In this document: one piece after another, positions 53,206 to 57,275 of the stretch
How positions within the stretch are numbered: the first letter of the stretch is position 1
How the letters are laid out: every line of letters begins with the position of its first letter
Virus record (IMG/VR): IMGVR_UViG_3300035008_000001
Coordinates: 1 to 57,275 of that record
Source of the DNA: a virus
Length of the DNA: 57,275 nt
Direction: 5' to 3' (one strand)
Translations under genes and position numbers: made by a program
The notes under the pieces: model-generated
What the model saw: only the letters and a program-made list of their open reading frames with translations
What the model was told of the DNA's origin: nothing
The model's database searches: none

Positions 53206-53775
53206 GTGGCGCTTCAGATCAGAATCGACACGGTCGACATCTCACGTCTCGGCAACCAGATCGCAGCGGCCGGTAACAAAGCGCCCGTGGCTATCGCACG
53301 GGCTTTGAACCACACCGGAGCTAAGGCAAGAACGGCGATGATCCGTTCCCTCACAGCCCAGACGGGACTGAAGAGAAAGACCATCGTCAAAGCTCTCAAG
53401 GTGAGAAAGGCCGCCCAGAAGGGCGACCTCTCCTACACCATCTGGTCACGAGGCGGAGACATCTCCCTCAAGTACTTCGCCCCACGTGAAGCCAGAGGCG
53501 GCGTCAGTGCCAAGCCATTCGGCAAGCGCACATCCTTCCCGATGGCCTTCCTTAAGGGCGGACGCAAACCGAACCGCGTCCCGCTCAACATGGGTGGGCA
53601 CGTCTTCCGCAGAACGTCAGCGTCGCGCACGCCGATCGAGCTCGTCGACAGCGGCGTCGTCATCCCTCAGGAGATGGTGACCGGCGCGACCGAGGCAGCC
53701 TTCTATGACATCGCTCAGCGCGACCTGGCAGACCGCCTCGGGCACGAGCTCCTGCGCATCCTGGATGCCAAATGA
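53206..53775 (+). CDS. Lambda gpZ-like (Minor_tail_Z family) tail/virion completion protein
   Basis: 189 aa, GTG start with a gagg RBS. The architecture 'A.ARALNHTG.KARTAM.R....QTGLKRK.I...L' followed by a basic centre resembles gpZ. Confidence 0.45.
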   Translation: MALQIRIDTVDISRLGNQIAAAGNKAPVAIARALNHTGAKARTAMIRSLTAQTGLKRKTIVKALKVRKAAQKGDLSYTIWSRGGDISLKYFAPREARGGVSAKPFGKRTSFPMAFLKGGRKPNRVPLNMGGHVFRRTSASRTPIELVDSGVVIPQEMVTGATEAAFYDIAQRDLADRLGHELLRILDAK

Positions 53776-53929
53776 GGTGTGACATTCCGGTCACGCGGCG
53801 ACCGTGATGGGACCCTCTGACATCGCGATGTGTTGCATGCCTGCAACGGTGTGGGTCCTTGGCAACACCCCCTCACATGCGGGCGGAGAACGGCCTGGGA
53901 TTTGCGCAGTCTGGCGTCGGTCGGAGAGG

Positions 53930-54057
53930 GTTAACAAGGCTCGATGCTGGCCCCAAGAGCCGCATTCGAGCCGTCTGCGACAAGGCTTTGTGTCAACGGA
54001 GGGGTTGTTAACGGTGTTAACGACCGTTGCGACTGTTAACAGAGCGAGCCAGTTAAC
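53930..54057. promoter_or_regulatory. Array of five GTTAAC palindromes (plus one GTCAAC) upstream of terS; candidate cosB/pac-type terminase recognition sites
   Basis: GTTAAC at 53930, 54007, 54016, 54035 and 54052. GTCAAC at 53992. Confidence 0.5.
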
Positions 54058-54069
54058 ACGGAAGCTACT

Positions 54070-54684
54070 GTGATCGTCCCTCAGGCAGAGTTTGCAAGGA
54101 TCAGCAACGTCTCCCGGGCATGTGTGTCCAAGTGGATTACGGCTGAGAAAATCAGCGGAGATGCTCTGGTCCAACAGGGTAGCAAGACCCTGATCCGGGT
54201 GGATGTCGCGCAAAAGCAGCTGGGGATCCGGCGCGATGTCGGCCAGGCAGTTAGCAACGGCTTGAAGACCAGACTGAAGATGTCGGAGGTTGCGGCAGCG
54301 GAACAAGCGGTCGCTCCGAAACCCGATCTGACAGATGAGATCAACGAGGAGATCAAGCGTCAGAAGCTGGAAAGCATCCGGCGCAACAATCGCCGCGAGG
54401 CCGAAGAAGAGCTGTCTCGGCAGGGCCGGTATGTCGAGGCGGCCAGCGCTCGTCGCGAGATGGCGCGGATTGCCGAGGAGCTGATGCGAGTGTTCGAAGG
54501 CGCATTGCCAGAGTTCGCCACGGCCATCGCTGGCGAGTTCAAGGTCGAGCAGCGCGATGTGCTGCATCTGTTGCGGGAGCAGTTCAGGAAGGTGCGGACG
54601 AAAGCGGCGGGCAAGGCGCGCGAGGCGGCGGCAGAGAAGCCGGCACTTGTTTCAGACGGCATTGCGGATTCTGAGGAAGCGTGA
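54070..54684 (+). CDS. terS: Terminase small subunit (Nu1-like HTH)
   Basis: 'EFARISNVSRACVSKWI' N-terminal HTH followed by a charged coiled coil. Directly upstream of terL. Confidence 0.7.
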   Translation: MIVPQAEFARISNVSRACVSKWITAEKISGDALVQQGSKTLIRVDVAQKQLGIRRDVGQAVSNGLKTRLKMSEVAAAEQAVAPKPDLTDEINEEIKRQKLESIRRNNRREAEEELSRQGRYVEAASARREMARIAEELMRVFEGALPEFATAIAGEFKVEQRDVLHLLREQFRKVRTKAAGKAREAAAEKPALVSDGIADSEEA

Positions 54685-54690
54685 TCGACG

Positions 54691-56613
54691 ATGACGATGC
54701 TGGCGAACCCCGAGCGGATGGCACAGGATGCTATCGCTCTGGCGCTCGAGCCTCCGCCGCCCGTCGATTATGGGAAGTGGGCTGAAGAGAACGTCGTGTT
54801 CTCCAAGCGCGAGAGCCCAGAGCCCGGCCCGTACAACCGGGATCGGTTCTCCTATTTCGATGAGATCCTGAAGGCTCTGAGCCCGGACGATCCCTGCCGG
54901 ATCGTCACGCTCAAGAAGTCGGCGCAGCTCGGCGGCACGGTGCTGGCAAACGTGTTCGTCGGCGGGTCGATGGTTATGGACCCGGGTGACGTACTGTACG
55001 TCCACCCGACCGAGAACAACGCCCAGCGCTGGTCGAAGATGAAGCTGTCGCCTATGCTCAAGGGCACGACGGCTCTGAGAAGGATCTTTCCGCAGAAGAG
55101 CCGCGATGGCTCGGATTCGGTCATGTACAAGGAGCGCGTCGACGGGCTCGGCGCGATTCTGATCTCAGGCGCCAACTCGCCGGCGACCTTGTCTCAGGTC
55201 ACTGTGCCCCGCCAGGTGCAGGATGACCTGTCGAAGTGGGAGATGAATGCCGCTGGCGATCCGGAGGCGCAGGCAGACAGCCGGTCACGCGCGATCGAGT
55301 TCGCGAAGATCTTCAAGGTCTCGACGCCGCTGATCGAGCCGGGGTGCCGAATCTCGAAGGACTACGACGAGGGCAGCCAGGAAAGCCTGTATGTCCCGTG
55401 TCCGCACTGCGACTTCATGCAGACGCTGGACTGGGCCAACATGCTGGCCAATCTGGATGAAGAGCACCCAGAGGACGCGCATTTCAATTGCATCGCCTGT
55501 GGCGAGGACATCCACGAGCACCACCGCTCCGGGATGCTTGCGCGCAAGGAATGGCGGGCTGCACGCCCGCACATGAAGAAGATCCACCGGTCATTCTACA
55601 TCTGGTCCGCCTACAGCCACCTGCAGAGCTGGAAGCGGATCGCGCTGGAATGGCTGAATGTCAAAGGCGACCCCGCCGGAGAGCAGACCTTCCTCAACGA
55701 TACCGTCGGCTTGGCCTTTAAGGCACAGGGCGAGGCGCCGCCGTGGGAGGGATTGCGGGACCGAGCCGCTGCTTCGACATACGCACGCGGCGAGATCCCG
55801 GCCGGGGCACTCCTGCTCTGCTATGGCATGGACTGCCAGGCCGATCGCGTGGAGTGGCAGCTCGTCGGCTTCGGGCGCGACGGTCGCCGGTGGGTGATCC
55901 AATATGGCGTCGTCCCCGGCCACATCAGCGAGAGCCGAACTCGGGAGCAATTGGACGGTCTCGTGGTGCAGGAGTGGCCGAATGCCTTTGGGCTGAAGCT
56001 CCGCGCGGATATGACGGCGATCGACGGCAATGCCTGGACCGAGGACGTCTGGGGATGGGCCAAGGGCCATCCGGCCAACAAGGTGATCATGGTTCGTGGC
56101 CGCGGCGAGGAGTGGGCTCCTCTCCTGGCTCGGGTCAAGCGCGAGCGGAATCGGTCTGGCGCATTGCTGAAGTACTCGAGCCGCTTCTACAACTTCGGGA
56201 CCTCGGTTCTGAAGATGGCGCTCTACCGCAATCTGGCCAAGACAGACCCGACGGTCTTTGGATACGTCGGTTTCCCGCGTGGCCTCGACGACGAGTATTT
56301 CCGGCAGCTGACGTCCGAGCGTCGGACGCCGCAGAAGCGCTTCGGCTTCACCGTCTACCGGTGGACGAAGGATCCCAACCAGGCGAACGAGGGCCTCGAT
56401 ACGATGCTGCAGGCGGAAGCCGCCGGCATCAAGCTTGGTCTTCGGGGCATGCCCGACGCTGTCTGGGACCGCTACGAGAATGAGCGGGAACTGGACGTGG
56501 GCACGAAATCAGACCTCGGGGCGGTATCGGTCGCGAAAGAGACTGCTCCTGGGACATCAGTCCCTGCTGTTCGTCCTCGCCCCATAGCGATGTCGTCTGA
56601 TCCCTATCTCTGA
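54691..56613 (+). CDS. terL: Terminase large subunit (lambda gpA family)
   Basis: 640 aa. 'LKKSAQLGGT' Walker-A-like motif and 'CPHCDFMQ...FNCIACGEDI' zinc motif typical of the gpA family. Confidence 0.9.
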   Translation: MTMLANPERMAQDAIALALEPPPPVDYGKWAEENVVFSKRESPEPGPYNRDRFSYFDEILKALSPDDPCRIVTLKKSAQLGGTVLANVFVGGSMVMDPGDVLYVHPTENNAQRWSKMKLSPMLKGTTALRRIFPQKSRDGSDSVMYKERVDGLGAILISGANSPATLSQVTVPRQVQDDLSKWEMNAAGDPEAQADSRSRAIEFAKIFKVSTPLIEPGCRISKDYDEGSQESLYVPCPHCDFMQTLDWANMLANLDEEHPEDAHFNCIACGEDIHEHHRSGMLARKEWRAARPHMKKIHRSFYIWSAYSHLQSWKRIALEWLNVKGDPAGEQTFLNDTVGLAFKAQGEAPPWEGLRDRAAASTYARGEIPAGALLLCYGMDCQADRVEWQLVGFGRDGRRWVIQYGVVPGHISESRTREQLDGLVVQEWPNAFGLKLRADMTAIDGNAWTEDVWGWAKGHPANKVIMVRGRGEEWAPLLARVKRERNRSGALLKYSSRFYNFGTSVLKMALYRNLAKTDPTVFGYVGFPRGLDDEYFRQLTSERRTPQKRFGFTVYRWTKDPNQANEGLDTMLQAEAAGIKLGLRGMPDAVWDRYENERELDVGTKSDLGAVSVAKETAPGTSVPAVRPRPIAMSSDPYL

Positions 56614-56620
56614 GAGTGAC

Positions 56621-56851
56621 ATGATCGATCTACCGGTTCTGAGGGCTCGTCTCACGGAGGCTGAGCAGGCTTTGCATGATCTGGCGCTCGGTGGATCTGT
56701 GGTGTCGATCTCAGATAACGAGCGCAAGATCACCTTCACAGCGGCGAATATTGGCCAGCTGAGAGGCTACATCGACGACCTCAGGCGGCAGATTGCTGAG
56801 CTTGAGTGCCCCCTCCCGCCCCGTCGTGGGCCTGTGGTGTTCACCTTCTGA
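56621..56851 (+). CDS. gpW-like head-tail joining protein
   Basis: 76 aa. 'LRARLTEAEQALHDLALGGSVVSISDNERKITFTAANIGQLRGYIDDLRRQI'. Lies between terL and the portal. Confidence 0.75.
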   Translation: MIDLPVLRARLTEAEQALHDLALGGSVVSISDNERKITFTAANIGQLRGYIDDLRRQIAELECPLPPRRGPVVFTF

Positions 56852-57275
56852 TGTCAGCAGCATGGATCAATCGTGGCGCGCCCGGGCTGCGCTCGCGCTC
56901 GGCTGCGCCGACCATCACGGTCAGTAAGGTCGAGACCGGCCGCGAAGTTATGGCCGTGCCTGAGGTGGAGACGGCGCACCACGCTGCCTCCTACCTGGCC
57001 AAGGACATGCAGACCTGGCCATCGGCGCGGCTCTCGCCTGATGCCGCTCTGCTCCCGGAGCTGGATACCATCACGGGTCGTGTTGACGACCTCGTCAGGA
57101 ACAACGGGGTTGCCGCCGGCGCCGAGCGGTCCTTCATCGACAACGTTGTCGGGCCGCGGATCACCTGCAAGCCGAACCCTGATCGGGTCACGCTGGGCAA
57201 GAAGGCCAGCTGGGTTGATGGATGGGCCAGGGAGGTGGAGGCGCTCTGGGCTACGTTTGCCGACACTGACTGGTT
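56851..57275 (+). CDS. Portal protein, 5' part (continues at nt 128 once the overlap is removed)
   Basis: The ATG overlaps the gpW stop (TGATG). The frame stays open to the window end: 'MSAAWINRG...LLPELDTITGRVDDLVRNNGVAAGAERSFIDNVVGP', a Phage_portal_2-like N-terminus. Confidence 0.85.
   Translation, partial: MSAAWINRGAPGLRSRSAAPTITVSKVETGREVMAVPEVETAHHAASYLAKDMQTWPSARLSPDAALLPELDTITGRVDDLVRNNGVAAGAERSFIDNVVGPRITCKPNPDRVTLGKKASWVDGWAREVEALWATFADTDW
57149..57275. repeat. Terminal overlap copy B (identical to 1-127)
   Basis: Same comparison as copy A. Confidence 0.97.

Larger units (their letters stand above)
1..57275. mobile_element. Complete circular temperate phage genome (57,148 bp unique): lambda-type packaging/head module, Mu-type contractile tail, lysis, int/xis, RecT/YqaJ recombination, CI-type immunity, primase/helicase replication
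   Basis: Gene content listed below. Ends 1-127 and 57149-57275 are identical, and the portal ORF is continuous across the junction. Confidence 0.9.

Noticed and set aside
52916-53308. 130-aa plus-strand ORF in the 540-nt late-region gap
   Set aside because: It is Ser/Arg/Pro-rich, has no RBS, and overlaps the better-supported gpZ-like gene in another frame. The region is treated as regulatory non-coding DNA.
53791-54567. 258-aa minus-strand ORF covering the GTTAAC array and terS
   Set aside because: It has no motifs and lies antisense to the HTH-bearing terS frame. It would also leave terL without a small subunit partner.

Overview
The window is a complete, circularly closed temperate phage genome. 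Nt 1-127 are identical to nt 57149-57275, so the unique length is 57,148 bp, and the portal gene reads through the junction. The backbone is G+C-rich. DUF2312/GapR-like and GcrA-like proteins suggest an alphaproteobacterial host.

Gene order:
- Late-region small genes, gpZ-like gene, terS, terL, gpW, portal (wraps the junction), S49 protease/scaffold, gpD-like decoration protein, gpE-like capsid, FII-like connector. This is a lambda-type head module.
- Mu-type contractile tail: sheath, tube, chaperone with an unannotated -1 frameshift, tape measure, gpN/P/45/PAAR/46/47/48 baseplate, and several fibres.
- Lysis genes: muramidase and overlapped spanins.
- int/xis, then a leftward early operon (ASCH x2, C5-MTase, DnaQ-like exonuclease, RecT, YqaJ, many micro-ORFs).
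- CI(S24) immunity region with a GCGGTA-N5-ATCG operator motif at both early promoters.
- Rightward early operon: CII-like, multi-HTH, GapR-like, RuvC-like, GcrA-like, N6/N4-MTase, primase, AAA_25 helicase.

Candidates for undescribed biology:
1. A 3.6-kb six-gene island wedged between the tail tube and tail chaperone genes. It has an XRE gene with a perfect palindromic operator, a coupled three-gene operon ending in an IS110 Tnp-domain protein that lacks the RuvC half, and an AT-rich antisense pair (exported protein plus WYL-like protein).
2. A lone AT-rich soluble KAP P-loop NTPase island.
3. A three-hairpin RNA/attenuator plus a two-gene cassette inside the immunity region.

Functional calls rest on motif recognition by eye; no searches were run.
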